A DNA stretch of 64,000 nt, taken from NCBI GenBank assembly GCA_965370955.1, contig CBDUWP010000001.1, forward strand, positions 2,122 to 66,121. Reading direction: 5' to 3'. Shown piece after piece: positions 36,782-47,578 of this stretch. The notes below the pieces were generated by a model that did no database searches, had not been told where the DNA came from, and saw nothing but the letters and a program-made list of their open reading frames with translations. Made by a program: the position numbers and the translations under genes. The stretch's first letter is position 1; each line of letters opens with the position of its first letter. This DNA is from an uncultured bacterium. Its GTDB lineage: Bacteria; Planctomycetota; Phycisphaerae; Sedimentisphaerales; Anaerobacaceae.

Positions 36782-38140
36782 CTAATTTTCTTCTTTTTTA
36801 GACATCTCTGTTTCATCTGTAATGTTTTCATCTGCTGCGGTTTCGGCTGTCTCATCTGTCACAGCTTCGGCGGTTTCATTTTCATCTTCATTTGTTACAG
36901 GCTCTTCAACGTCGGCTGTTTCACTTGTTGCGGCCTCTTTAGCTAATGCAGCCTCTGCAGCTTTCGCAGCCTTCGCAGCCTTTTTCTCGTCAGCTAATTG
37001 TTTAATCAATGCTTTGGCTGTTTCAACGATTTTTGCTGCCATGTCAGGGGCTAATTGAAGCTCATTAACCAATGGGCTGGTGCCGACTTCGTCTAGATCC
37101 ATGATGGAAATTATGCCAATAGCTATCAATTTGTCGACCAAAGCATTGTCACTGTAGCCGGCTTCAATACAACAGGCGGACAATTGCTCAATCGATTTGT
37201 CATAAGAATCAGGTGTCATGATGTCAATATCCCAGCCGGTTAGTCTTGCGGCGAGCCGAACATTTTGGCCATGTTTGCCGATAGCTAAGCTCAACTGATC
37301 CTCATCGACAACGACAGTCGCTCTGCCAAGTTCAAAACAAAGAGCTGTCTCACTGACGTTGGCAGGCATAAGAGCGTTGATGATCAATAGCTGTGAAGAC
37401 TCGTTCCATCTGACAATGTCGATTTTTTCGCCGCCGAGTTCGTCGACAATATTTCTGATGCGGCTGCCTCTTACGCCAACGCAAGCGCCGACAGGGTCAA
37501 CCTTCTCGTCATTGGAAAATACGGCAACCTTACTGCGGTAACCGGCCTCACGCGACAAAGCCCGAATTTCAATAATACCTTCCGCTATCTCAGGAACCTC
37601 CTGCTCAAAAAGACGCTTGATAAAGTCAGGATGCGTTTGACTGAGCATGATCTTAACTTGGCCCGTATTGAGAGTGACATCTACGATAATGGCTTGGATT
37701 CTTTCGCCGGGCTTGGCGGACTGGCCAACGATTTGTTCCGGTTTGGACATGAAAGCTTCAATACGTTGGCCGATATTGATGACCATTGTGCCGCTCTCAA
37801 ATCTGGCAACTGAACCGCTTACAAGCTCGCCTTTTTTCTGGATATAATCGGTATAAATGCTCTCTCGTTCGTCAGCGCGAATCTTTTGGGTCATTACCTG
37901 ACGGGCTGTCTGGGCGGCTATTCTGCCGAGCTGCTTGATGTCTATCGGTTCCGAATCCTTGAACGCCAAAATTTCTCCGCTAGCTCTATCTATACTGACA
38001 ACTACTTCACATTCAGGATCGCCATAATGTTTTTTGGCTGCTGATATCATCGCCTCTTCAAGATCAACGAAAACAGATTCCTTACTTATATTTTTATCAT
38101 AAGCTATGTTCTCTACAATTCTCAACAATTCTGAGCTCAT
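36782..38140 (-). CDS. nusA: Transcription termination/antitermination factor NusA
   Basis: [38 protein letters not shown]1 and two KH domains ([11 protein letters not shown]), and an acidic C-terminal tail. Confidence 0.97.
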   Translation of the reverse strand: MSSELLRIVENIAYDKNISKESVFVDLEEAMISAAKKHYGDPECEVVVSIDRASGEILAFKDSEPIDIKQLGRIAAQTARQVMTQKIRADERESIYTDYIQKKGELVSGSVARFESGTMVINIGQRIEAFMSKPEQIVGQSAKPGERIQAIIVDVTLNTGQVKIMLSQTHPDFIKRLFEQEVPEIAEGIIEIRALSREAGYRSKVAVFSNDEKVDPVGACVGVRGSRIRNIVDELGGEKIDIVRWNESSQLLIINALMPANVSETALCFELGRATVVVDEDQLSLAIGKHGQNVRLAARLTGWDIDIMTPDSYDKSIEQLSACCIEAGYSDNALVDKLIAIGIISIMDLDEVGTSPLVNELQLAPDMAAKIVETAKALIKQLADEKKAAKAAKAAEAALAKEAATSETADVEEPVTNEDENETAEAVTDETAETAADENITDETEMSKKEEN

Positions 38141-38167
38141 AATGCGTAATGCCTCTCAAATAATAAA

Positions 38168-38209
38168 CAAAAAAGCGGAAACCTCGACATAAACAGCATC
38201 AGTTTCCAC
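38168..38209 (-). terminator. Terminator-like hairpin plus U-tract in the nusA leader (possible attenuator)
   Basis: The minus strand reads GUGGAAAC, a 19-nt loop, GUUUCCGC, then UUUUUUG. The stem is 8 bp including one G-U pair, and the structure ends about 27 nt upstream of the nusA ATG. Confidence 0.4.
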
Positions 38210-38738
38210 TTTACATAACAACCAAAAGCGAGACAATTTTCAATAGTCGAGCATCGTTAGCTACATTTTCGTTGCCTCCTGTGATGTCTGATACTGCTTT
38301 TTGGCTTCTAAACAAAAAAGCAAAGCTTCCAAACCATCTTGTGCGATGTAAACGCAACCACTGTACGTCCTTGATCTACTTCGCACGGTTTGCTAATCCT
38401 GCAAAAATCATACTACTGCCTCTTTAATATTTGTAAGTCTAAATTCTAGTTATCTCTATCAATAATTCACACAAACTTTAGACCACTCATAATATAGCTG
38501 AAAAAGGTTTTTGGCAATGTTTTTTTTCTTTTTTAACAAATATTAATGGCCTCTTGCTGGATTAAAGGTCTTCTACGGTGAAAAGAATTTACATAAAAAA
38601 ACTTGCCTAATGGGGCTGTCGGCTGTATTCTAGCGGCCTTTGGCGATATTTCAATGGGTAAAAGCGGCGAAAATGGCCAAAAAAGGCTGAAAAATAAGAA
38701 AAAATAATGGAATTATCTGATATTTAGGAACAAATATT

Positions 38739-40754
38739 ATGGAATTAAACAGTACCGGATTGTCTAAACTCGACGAGCTCTGCGTAAACACTATACGGTT
38801 TTTGTCCGTTGACGGCGTGCAAAAAGCTAATTCCGGACATCCGGGAATGCCAATGGGAATGGCGGCGCCAGTTTATTCGTTATGGATGAGGCATATGAGG
38901 CATAATCCGGCAAATCCAACATGGGCTGGTCGCGACAGGTTTGTTATGTCCGGCGGACACGGCAGTATGCTGCTGTATTCAATGCTCTATATGACTGGGT
39001 ACGATATGAGCTTGGACGATCTGAAGAATTTTCGTCAGTGGCAAAGCAAAACGCCCGGCCATCCGGAATATGAACCGAATCTCGGAATCGAAGTGACGAC
39101 AGGGCCCTTAGGTCAAGGGGTGGCAAATGCTGTGGGATTGGCGATCGGTCAAAAATATCTGGCGAAATATTTCAATCGCGATAAATTTGAGCTGTTCGGC
39201 AGCAATATATATGTTATTGCAGGTGACGGCTGTTTGCAGGAAGGGGTTAGCTGTGAAGCAAGCTCGCTGGCAGGTCACTTGGAGCTAGATAATGTCATAA
39301 TGATCTATGATGATAACCATATCACAATCGATGGCTCAACCGATTTGTCATTTAGCGAAGATGTGGCCAAGCGATATGAGGCTTACGGCTGGTATGTGCA
39401 GAAAGTTACAGGAAACGGCCACAACATCGAAGACCTCGATAAGGCTGTCGAAAATGCTAAAAATGAAAAGAGTCGACCATCTATTATATGTATGCAAAGC
39501 TGTATCGGTTTTGGAAGCCCAAACAAGCAAAACACTTCCTCTGCTCATGGCTCACCTTTAGGGCCGGATGAAGTGGCGGCGACAAAAGAAAATCTAGGTT
39601 GGCCGGCAAAAGATTTTTATGTGCCTGATGAAGCGCTAAAAAATACCAGAGGCTGTACAGAAAAAGGCGCAAAACTGCAAAGCGAATTTGATGAGCTCTT
39701 CGGTCAATATAAAAAGGCATATCCAGAATTGGCTGCCCAGTATGAAAAGGCGCAAGCCGGCGATCTAGGAATCGATATCGATGCGATGATGCCGAAGTTT
39801 GAAGCTGATTCGGCGGTTGCCACAAGGGTCGCTTCCGGTAAATTTATCGCAGCTGTTATGCCTAACTTGCCGTTTATCATAGGAGGATCAGCGGATCTTA
39901 CTCCGTCAAATAATACGTGGTTCGACGAAGCGGGCAATTTTTCAAAAGATGACAGGCTCGGCCGATACATGCGTTATGGCGTGCGCGAACATGCAATGGC
40001 GGCAATCATGAACGGCATCTCTATCACGGAATTTTTGAGGGCTTATGGCGCGACATTTTTGGTCTTCTGCGATTATATGAGGCCTGCAATGAGGATGGCG
40101 GCACTGTCGCAATATCCAAGCATATTCGTGCTTACACATGATAGTGTGGGGCTTGGCGAAGATGGGCCGACTCATCAGCCAGTGGAAATGCTGCCGGCTC
40201 TCCGCGTTATGCCGGGCTTGACTGTTATTAGGCCGGCTGATGCTAACGAAACTGTTGCGGCTTGGAAATTTATGCTGCAAAATCCCGATAGGCCATTTGC
40301 AATCATGCTTAGCAGGCAGGGGCTTAAAGTGCTGGATCAAAACAAATTCGCCAAAGCAGATAATATGGCTAAAGGGGCCTATGTTTTAAATGGCGATGTC
40401 ACTGAGCCAAAGGTCTTGATTATGGCTAGCGGATCAGAGGTCGAAATCGCGCTCGATGCAGCAGATATTTTAGCAACAGAAGGCGTCAAGGCCAGAGTGA
40501 TAAGCATGCCGAGCTTTGAATTATTCGAGGAACAAACCGCAGAATATAAAGAATCTGTGATGCCGAAAGCTGTAAAAGCTAGAGTCGCAATCGAAGCTGC
40601 CATCGGTCAAGGCTGGGATAAATATACCGGAGATAATGGTATCTTTATCGGATTAGAAGGTTACGGCGCGTCGGCCCCTGGCAAAGTGTGTTTCGAGAAA
40701 TTCGGTCTCACAGCAAAAGCTATTGTAAAGGCAGCGAAAAAATCAATTGGCTAA
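38739..40754 (+). CDS. tkt: Transketolase
   Basis: 671 aa with NSGHPGMPMGMA, GDGCLQEGVSCEA and THDSVGLGEDGPTHQP. Confidence 0.97.
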   Translation: MELNSTGLSKLDELCVNTIRFLSVDGVQKANSGHPGMPMGMAAPVYSLWMRHMRHNPANPTWAGRDRFVMSGGHGSMLLYSMLYMTGYDMSLDDLKNFRQWQSKTPGHPEYEPNLGIEVTTGPLGQGVANAVGLAIGQKYLAKYFNRDKFELFGSNIYVIAGDGCLQEGVSCEASSLAGHLELDNVIMIYDDNHITIDGSTDLSFSEDVAKRYEAYGWYVQKVTGNGHNIEDLDKAVENAKNEKSRPSIICMQSCIGFGSPNKQNTSSAHGSPLGPDEVAATKENLGWPAKDFYVPDEALKNTRGCTEKGAKLQSEFDELFGQYKKAYPELAAQYEKAQAGDLGIDIDAMMPKFEADSAVATRVASGKFIAAVMPNLPFIIGGSADLTPSNNTWFDEAGNFSKDDRLGRYMRYGVREHAMAAIMNGISITEFLRAYGATFLVFCDYMRPAMRMAALSQYPSIFVLTHDSVGLGEDGPTHQPVEMLPALRVMPGLTVIRPADANETVAAWKFMLQNPDRPFAIMLSRQGLKVLDQNKFAKADNMAKGAYVLNGDVTEPKVLIMASGSEVEIALDAADILATEGVKARVISMPSFELFEEQTAEYKESVMPKAVKARVAIEAAIGQGWDKYTGDNGIFIGLEGYGASAPGKVCFEKFGLTAKAIVKAAKKSIG

Positions 40755-40776
40755 ACTGATTTGTATTTGATTTAAT

Positions 40777-40818
40777 AGCGGTGGTTTGTCGAAATGATAA
40801 AGCTGCCGCTTTTTTTTA
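40777..40818 (+). terminator. Rho-independent terminator candidate after tkt
   Basis: AGCGGUGG, a 16-nt loop, CUGCCGCU (8 bp including two G-U pairs), followed by T8 (40811-40818). It starts 23 nt after the tkt stop. Confidence 0.55.
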
Positions 40819-40838
40819 TTTTTCAATATTGAGATATC

Positions 40839-43800
40839 ATGCAGCTTGGATCTGATAAAGCGATTGCCAAGCTTATTGAACAGCTCGGCACTGGATCGAT
40901 AGAGCCGCTAAAACTCGCCGGCTCATGGGGATCCTTTGCGCCTCTGTTGGTGACATTTATCTCAAAGCAAATCAAAAGGCCAATATGTTATGTCAGGCCG
41001 CATCAGGAAGATTGCGATAAGGCGATGGACGATTTACATAGCTTTGGAGCAAAAAGCGTAGAACCTTTTTATGCTGATTTGAATGATGAAAAATTTCATG
41101 ACGCCTCCGATGAAATAGCCTGCTCGAGATTGAAATTGCTGTCACAGCTTGCTGCTGGAAATAAAGTCACTAAAGCACTTAATCAATTGATTATTACGGC
41201 AAGTGTGCAGTCTCTGTGTCAGCCTGTGCCGACACTTGAAATGGTGGCAAAGAGTAGGTTGAAATTGGCTGCTGGGCGTGACAACAAGTTTGAAAATGTC
41301 ACTCAATGGCTGATCGAAAATGGATTTGAATCTGTTGATAAAATTGATATGCCGGGTCAATTCGCTCATCGCGGAGGAATTATTGATATCTATGCTCCAC
41401 TGATCGATGACCAAAGTTGGCTGGAAAAAGGATCAGTGACAAAATCACACCTTTTTGAAAATCAGCCGGTCCGAATAGAATTTTTTGGCGATACTGTTGA
41501 AACTATTCGGCAGATCGATCTAGATAACTATCGGTCAACAGCAAAAATGCAATCGATTAACGTTATATCGACTGTCACAAACCAAACCAAATCTGATCAA
41601 GAGCTGTTTTTGAATCTGCTGCCGAAAAATACGCTGATTATTTTTGAGCAGATTACTGATTGTCAGCAAGTGGCGGAAATATCGCTGGATCGTTTGCAAA
41701 ACAAAGAAAATTTTTACGATTGGACAAAAATTTATCAAGCAAGCTGTGCGTTTCAACAATTACATATAAGTAGGTTTGCGGATGAGCTTGCCGATGGTGA
41801 CAATGTATTTGAGGTTGAAATAAATAGTTTAGAGCGGTTTCAAGAAAAAAGTTTGTCGCTATGGAAAGAGCATAAAAAAACGCTGCAAAATCTTATCGAG
41901 CAAGCGAAGCGGGGAACTAATGTTTATTTTTATTGTCAAAATCAGGCTCAGATAAAACGCGTCAGTGAAATTATAACGCAAAGTCAAAAGCTGCCGAACA
42001 AATTTAAGCTGTTAGATGGTTTTGTAAACAGCGGCTTTGGAATCGAGTCTATTAACGCCATAGTTGTTAGTCATCATGAGGTGTTTGGTCAATATGCCGT
42101 TCGCAGAAATACTGGATCGATAAAAAGAAACAGTATCACAATCGAAAGCTTAGATGATCTTAAAGCTGGTGATTATGTGGTGCATGTAACCTACGGAATC
42201 GGTAAATTTATTGGTACGAATATCGCTGATGAAGATGGGCTAAAGAAAGAATATCTGGCGATTGAATATGCCGACAAAGTGAAAATATATGTATCGGCGA
42301 TGAATATCTCGCTAGTGCAAAAATATATCGGATCCGGTCACACAAGGCCAAAGCTTAGCAAAATTGGCGCAAAGCAATGGCGAAATCAAAAAGAAAAAGC
42401 GGCTCGATCAATCGAGGACTTGGCGAATCAATTGTTGAAAGTGCAAGCGAAGCGGCAGGCGATCGGCGGCTTTCAATGTAAGGCGGATACGCATTGGCAG
42501 ATTGAATTTGATCAGTCGTTTTGCTATCAGGAAACTCTTGATCAGCTACAGTCAATCGATGAGGTTAAAAGAGATATGCAAAGTGATGTAGCAATGGATC
42601 GATTGATATGCGGCGATGTCGGATATGGCAAAACAGAGATTGCGATGAGGGCGGCGTTTAAAGCGGTCGAAAACGGTAAGCAGGTGGCGATGCTTGTGCC
42701 GACTACAGTGCTGGCTGTGCAGCATGGCAGAACCTTCGCTGAAAGATTTGCAGATTTTCCAGTCAATATCGAAGTGCTGAATAGATTTAAAACAAAAAAG
42801 CAGGCGAAAGAGATTGTCAGTCGCCTCGCTTGCGGCAAAGTGGATATACTTGTCGGGACACATAGGATTTTGAGCAAGGATGTCGAATTTAGTGATTTAG
42901 GGCTGTTGATCGTCGATGAAGAGCAGCGGTTCGGTGTTGTGCATAAAGAAAAGCTGAAATCGTTAAGGGCTGATATCGATGTCTTGACAATGACCGCTAC
43001 GCCGATTCCGAGAACACTGCATATGGCGATGATTAGTTTGCGAGATATTAGCTCTTTGCAAACTGCGCCGCTGGAGCGAAGAAGCGTTGAAACCTCCGTT
43101 GTTAAATATTCTGATGGGCTGATAAAAAAAGCGGTCGCAAGAGAGCTGAACAGGCAGGGGCAAATCTTTTTTTTGCATAACAGAGTGCTGTCCATCGAAC
43201 GAAGGGCAATCGAACTCGAGCGGATATTAAAAGGGACTGGTGTTAAAATAGCAGTCGGTCACGGCCAAATGAGTAAGAGGCGGCTGGAAAATGTTATGAT
43301 CGATTTCGTCAATGGTGACATCGATCTGCTTTTGAGTACGACGATTATTGAATCGGGCTTAGATATTCCAAACGCTAATACGATTATTATAGATGATGCC
43401 GACAAATTCGGCCTTGCACAATTGCATCAGCTGAGAGGCAGAGTCGGCAGGTATAAACATCGGGCTTATGCCTATATGCTCTTGCCGAAGTCGAGGACGA
43501 TTAGGCCTATTGCTGTTAAAAGGCTGAAGGCGATCGAGGAATATTCGCATCTGGGTGACGGGTTCAAAATCGCGCTGCGAGATCTGGAAATACGGGGGGC
43601 GGGAAATATTTTAGGTCCACAGCAGTCAGGTCATATTGGGGCAGTGGGATATCAGATGTATTGCCAGATGCTATCGGATGCAGTGAATCGGCTTAAGGGC
43701 TTGAAGGTGGAAAAGGCCGGCAGAGCTATCGTTGATCTTAATGTTGCCTGTCATATACCGAAAAATTATATCGCGATCGATCGGCATCGAATGGAGATCT

Positions 43801-44162
43801 ATCGGAAAATTACTACTGCAACAAATGATGATGATTTGAAGCAAATCAAAACGCAATTGAGAGATGTCTATGGGAAGGTGCCAGAGCAGGTCGAAATGCT
43901 GTTGGATATCGCTTCTGTGAAAATTATGGCAGCAAAGCTGGGCATAAAAAGCATAATTTTGGCGGAGGGCAATTTGATGTTCGATTTTCAAAAGGACAGC
44001 TCAAAAAATATTCATGATATCTTTGCCGGCATAAAGGGCAAAATCACTGTGCCGAATCCACAGAAAGTGTATCTGCGGCTCGATGAAAAATATTTTGAGC
44101 CGATGACAATGCTGGCTGTTTTGAGAAAAATACTTAGCACTAAACGAAACTCTAGCTTATAA
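40839..44162 (+). CDS. mfd: Transcription-repair coupling factor Mfd
   Basis: 1107 aa with a UvrB-homology N-terminus, a CarD/RID-like domain (GDYVVHVTYGIGKF), superfamily 2 helicase motifs (GDVGYGKTEIAMRAAF, DEEQRFG, TATPIPRT) and a TRG region. Confidence 0.97.
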   Translation: MQLGSDKAIAKLIEQLGTGSIEPLKLAGSWGSFAPLLVTFISKQIKRPICYVRPHQEDCDKAMDDLHSFGAKSVEPFYADLNDEKFHDASDEIACSRLKLLSQLAAGNKVTKALNQLIITASVQSLCQPVPTLEMVAKSRLKLAAGRDNKFENVTQWLIENGFESVDKIDMPGQFAHRGGIIDIYAPLIDDQSWLEKGSVTKSHLFENQPVRIEFFGDTVETIRQIDLDNYRSTAKMQSINVISTVTNQTKSDQELFLNLLPKNTLIIFEQITDCQQVAEISLDRLQNKENFYDWTKIYQASCAFQQLHISRFADELADGDNVFEVEINSLERFQEKSLSLWKEHKKTLQNLIEQAKRGTNVYFYCQNQAQIKRVSEIITQSQKLPNKFKLLDGFVNSGFGIESINAIVVSHHEVFGQYAVRRNTGSIKRNSITIESLDDLKAGDYVVHVTYGIGKFIGTNIADEDGLKKEYLAIEYADKVKIYVSAMNISLVQKYIGSGHTRPKLSKIGAKQWRNQKEKAARSIEDLANQLLKVQAKRQAIGGFQCKADTHWQIEFDQSFCYQETLDQLQSIDEVKRDMQSDVAMDRLICGDVGYGKTEIAMRAAFKAVENGKQVAMLVPTTVLAVQHGRTFAERFADFPVNIEVLNRFKTKKQAKEIVSRLACGKVDILVGTHRILSKDVEFSDLGLLIVDEEQRFGVVHKEKLKSLRADIDVLTMTATPIPRTLHMAMISLRDISSLQTAPLERRSVETSVVKYSDGLIKKAVARELNRQGQIFFLHNRVLSIERRAIELERILKGTGVKIAVGHGQMSKRRLENVMIDFVNGDIDLLLSTTIIESGLDIPNANTIIIDDADKFGLAQLHQLRGRVGRYKHRAYAYMLLPKSRTIRPIAVKRLKAIEEYSHLGDGFKIALRDLEIRGAGNILGPQQSGHIGAVGYQMYCQMLSDAVNRLKGLKVEKAGRAIVDLNVACHIPKNYIAIDRHRMEIYRKITTATNDDDLKQIKTQLRDVYGKVPEQVEMLLDIASVKIMAAKLGIKSIILAEGNLMFDFQKDSSKNIHDIFAGIKGKITVPNPQKVYLRLDEKYFEPMTMLAVLRKILSTKRNSSL

Positions 44163-44222
44163 TGACTGGCCAAATGATGGATCATTAAAGTGGAAATAAA
44201 CGCGAGATTTTGGAGAATTCTT

Positions 44223-45341
44223 ATGGCGAGCAATAAAATTTGGCAGAATGTGCCGAAAATAATTGTTATGGCTTTGGTTATGTGTGCTGTTTTTATCGCA
44301 GGATGCGGTAAGGAAAAGCCACGCTTTACAGCTGAACAAATGGCGATTATTCCTATGCCGCAAAAAACAAATTTGCCGGTAGCTTCCGGAGGATTTGTGC
44401 TATCTGTCGGAAATGAGACAGTGACATATCAAGATGTTATCGAGCCACTAAAAGAAAGAGCAACGCCAATTGCTAAAGTTAGCGATTTTGATACCTTCAA
44501 ACGAAAATTCGGCGCGTTTGTCGATGGGTTTATTATCAATAAAATTGCAGATATATTGTTGTACGAACAGGCAAAAGACAAGGTGGGCGATAATGTCGAT
44601 GCGGCTATCAAAAAGGCAGTGGATGCGGAGGTTAGAAAATTTTTAGATGGTTTTAACGGCGATTGGGCTAGTGCTGAAAATGCTCTCAAAAAAGACGGTA
44701 TGGATTGGCCGAAATTTAGAAGATATCAAAAGAAAATGATCTTGAGCCAATCTTATTTACATTCGGAGCTGCCGGACGAAATGCCGGTGACATATAGCCA
44801 ACTCAAATTATATTATGATACCAATAAAGATAAGTTTGGTGCAGCTGGTCAATTGAAGTTTCAACTGATAGATATCAATAGCAAAAAATTGAAGGAGCCG
44901 AATCAGTCGGCAAATGAACTGGCTCAAACCATTATGGAAAAAATCAAGGCAGGCGGCGATTTCGGCAAATTGGCAAAAGAATATTCCAACGGTTATAGAG
45001 CGTCTTTAGGTGGTTTGTGGAAAACGATTGAGCCGGGATCCTTAGCGAAGCCATACGAAGCGATCGAAAAGGCAGTCGAAAACATTGCGGTCGGCGAAGT
45101 CATAGGCCCAGTAACGGCAGAAGAACACATCTTTATTATTAAATTGCTCCAAAAGGAAGAACCCTCTTGCCGAACGTTTAATCAGGTGCAAAAGGAAATA
45201 GAATCTGTCATAAAATTTCAACGGAAAAAAGATGCGATCGATGATATGAATCGCAGAATTGTTGCTAGGGCGGATCTATCGGAAAAAGATATTTTTGTAA
45301 ATTATTGCCTCGAAAGGTTGTATGTTAGTTGCCAAAACTAA
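44223..45341 (+). CDS. Lipoprotein peptidyl-prolyl isomerase (SurA/PrsA-like, PpiC-type parvulin domain)
   Basis: The lipobox is FIAGC. The parvulin region reads FGKLAKEYSNGYRASLGGLWKTIEPGSL...GEVIGPV. ATG 44223 is preferred over GTG 44190. Confidence 0.7.
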   Translation: MASNKIWQNVPKIIVMALVMCAVFIAGCGKEKPRFTAEQMAIIPMPQKTNLPVASGGFVLSVGNETVTYQDVIEPLKERATPIAKVSDFDTFKRKFGAFVDGFIINKIADILLYEQAKDKVGDNVDAAIKKAVDAEVRKFLDGFNGDWASAENALKKDGMDWPKFRRYQKKMILSQSYLHSELPDEMPVTYSQLKLYYDTNKDKFGAAGQLKFQLIDINSKKLKEPNQSANELAQTIMEKIKAGGDFGKLAKEYSNGYRASLGGLWKTIEPGSLAKPYEAIEKAVENIAVGEVIGPVTAEEHIFIIKLLQKEEPSCRTFNQVQKEIESVIKFQRKKDAIDDMNRRIVARADLSEKDIFVNYCLERLYVSCQN

Positions 45342-45350
45342 CTCATTATT

Positions 45351-45746
45351 ATGACGATAGCACATGGTATAGATCTAGTTGATTTTAAACGCATCAAGGA
45401 AATGGCGAGCCGACACGGTAACAGGTTCCTCGAAAGAATTTTTACCGATAAAGAGCAGGCCTATGCTAAAAATCATAAAAAAAATGAAATTGAAAAACTC
45501 GCAGGAAGATTTGCTGCTAAAGAAGCTGTCCTAAAACTTATCGGTACCGGATGGCGAGGCAAAATTGCATGGACCGATATCGAAATTGTTAACGACTCAC
45601 TCGGTAAGCCATCTGTCAATGTCACCGGCGAAGTGAAAAAAATTATCGAGTCACTTAAAATAGAAGAAATAGCTATAAGCATTACCCATACAGCCGATTT
45701 CGCGATGGCTTCGGCTATAGCTGTTACGGATAAACAACAGCTATGA
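45351..45746 (+). CDS. acpS: Holo-[acyl-carrier-protein] synthase
   Basis: 131 aa with GIDLVDFKRI, FAAKEAVLKLIGTG and ISITHT. Confidence 0.9.
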   Translation: MTIAHGIDLVDFKRIKEMASRHGNRFLERIFTDKEQAYAKNHKKNEIEKLAGRFAAKEAVLKLIGTGWRGKIAWTDIEIVNDSLGKPSVNVTGEVKKIIESLKIEEIAISITHTADFAMASAIAVTDKQQL

Positions 45747-47560
45747 AAACACGTTTCGATTGTATAGTAATAGGGGCGGGGCACGCAGGCATCGAAGCGG
45801 CGAACATAGCGGCAAAAGCGGGAGCAGACACAGCACTTGTCACTATAAACAAAGACAACATCGCTGCGATGAGCTGCAATCCGGCAATCGGAGGTATGGC
45901 TAAGGGACAAATCGTGCGGGAAGTCGATGCGATGGGCGGAGTCATGGCAAAAGCTATCGATGCGACAGGTTTGCAATTTCGGATTTTGAATCAGTCCAAA
46001 GGTCCTGCAGTACAATCGCCAAGAGCGCAAGCCGATAAATATGAATATGTCAAATGGATGACGAGCTATCTCGAAGAGGTAGAAAATCTCACCATAATCG
46101 AAGCGATGGCTGAAGATATTATTGTCAAAGAAGGAGGCGCTCGCGGGGTTATTTGTAAAGACGGTAGGCGACTGGAAAGCAAAACAGTTATTGTGACAAC
46201 CGGAACATTTCTGCGAGGAGTTATGCATATCGGCCTCGAACAATTCGAAGGCGGAAGAATGGGAGAATTGCCGAGCGTGAGGCTGTCAATGTCACTGCAA
46301 AGGCTGGGATTTAAGGCTGGAAGGTTAAAAACCGGAACGCCTGTCAGGCTCGATGGCGCAACTGTAGATGTCGATCGATTGGAAATGCAGCCGGGAGACG
46401 CAATTCCAAAGCCGTTTTCCTTTTTGAATGATTCGATTACGCAAGAGCAAATCCCCTGCTGGATGACATATACCAACGAAAAAATGCACGCATTGTTAAA
46501 GGATAATCTTGATAAAGCGCCGCTGTATTCAGGGCAAATTGTGTCGACCGGACCGCGATATTGTCCGAGCATAGAAAGCAAAATAATCCGATTTGCTGAT
46601 AAAAAAAGGCATCTCGTACATCTCGAACCGGAAGATAGGGCTATGACGACTATATACTGCAACGGAATCAGCACGTCTTATCCAAGGGATATTCAGCGGC
46701 AGATGATTAAGATGATGCAGGGGACTGAAAATGCTAAAATTGTGAAATATGCCTATGCGATCGAGTATGATTATTTTGCTCCGTCGCAATTGACGAGGTC
46801 GCTGGAAACCAAGCTGGTGGATGGGTTGTTTTTTGCCGGACAAATAAATGGAACCAGCGGATATGAAGAGGCGGCTGGGCAAGGTTTGGTCGCCGGTATT
46901 AACGCGGTCTTGAAAATGAATAACAAAGAGCCGCTTGTTTTGGCTCGAGATCAGGCTTATATCGGCGTGCTGATCGATGATCTGTTGACTCGCGAAATCG
47001 ATGAGCCATATCGAATGTTTACGTCGCGAGCAGAATATCGACTGCTGCTGCGATCTGATAATGCAGATAGAAGACTGACCGAAATCGCTCACAAAGTCGG
47101 CGTTATCAGCGGTCGTCGATGGCAGAAATATTGCGACAAAATGAAGAATATTAAAAAGCTGAAAAAGTTTTTGAAGACTAATAAAAAAAATGGCGTAAGC
47201 CTGTGGAAATATCTGGAACGGCCAAACAATGAACTCGCTGGCAAGATTGCTGATTATGAGTTTGTCAAAGAGCATGAAATCAATAGCGAGCAAATTGAGG
47301 CGGCTGTGATCGATGCCAAATATGGTGGATATCTCGTGAAGCAGCAAAGGCTTGTCGAATCATTTAAAACGCTGGATAATCAAAGAATACCTCAAGAGAT
47401 CGATTACAAAAAAGTTGAGCATTTGAGGTCGGAGGCTTTTGAAAAACTCACGAGTTTTAATCCTGAAACACTGGGACAGGCCAGCCGTATCAGCGGTATA
47501 ACGCCGGCGGATATCATGGTCTTGCAAGTACATTTTAAAAAGTATAAATATAAATCGTGA
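45743..47560 (+). CDS. mnmG: tRNA uridine 5-carboxymethylaminomethyl modification enzyme MnmG (GidA)
   Basis: FDCIVIGAGHAGIEAA, SCNPAIGGMAKGQIVREVDAMGG and GPRYCPSIE. It shares a 4-nt ATGA overlap with acpS. Confidence 0.97.
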   Translation: MKTRFDCIVIGAGHAGIEAANIAAKAGADTALVTINKDNIAAMSCNPAIGGMAKGQIVREVDAMGGVMAKAIDATGLQFRILNQSKGPAVQSPRAQADKYEYVKWMTSYLEEVENLTIIEAMAEDIIVKEGGARGVICKDGRRLESKTVIVTTGTFLRGVMHIGLEQFEGGRMGELPSVRLSMSLQRLGFKAGRLKTGTPVRLDGATVDVDRLEMQPGDAIPKPFSFLNDSITQEQIPCWMTYTNEKMHALLKDNLDKAPLYSGQIVSTGPRYCPSIESKIIRFADKKRHLVHLEPEDRAMTTIYCNGISTSYPRDIQRQMIKMMQGTENAKIVKYAYAIEYDYFAPSQLTRSLETKLVDGLFFAGQINGTSGYEEAAGQGLVAGINAVLKMNNKEPLVLARDQAYIGVLIDDLLTREIDEPYRMFTSRAEYRLLLRSDNADRRLTEIAHKVGVISGRRWQKYCDKMKNIKKLKKFLKTNKKNGVSLWKYLERPNNELAGKIADYEFVKEHEINSEQIEAAVIDAKYGGYLVKQQRLVESFKTLDNQRIPQEIDYKKVEHLRSEAFEKLTSFNPETLGQASRISGITPADIMVLQVHFKKYKYKS

Positions 47561-47578
47561 TATTTTAGTTGTTAGCCT

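Noticed and set aside
42542-43195. A 217-aa minus-strand ORF.
   Set aside because: It is antisense to the helicase core of mfd, so it is a shadow ORF.
45473-47347. Three long minus-strand ORFs (256, 202 and 272 aa).
   Set aside because: They are antisense to the highly conserved acpS and mnmG frames, Cys/Ser/Arg-rich with no motifs. They are typical shadow ORFs.
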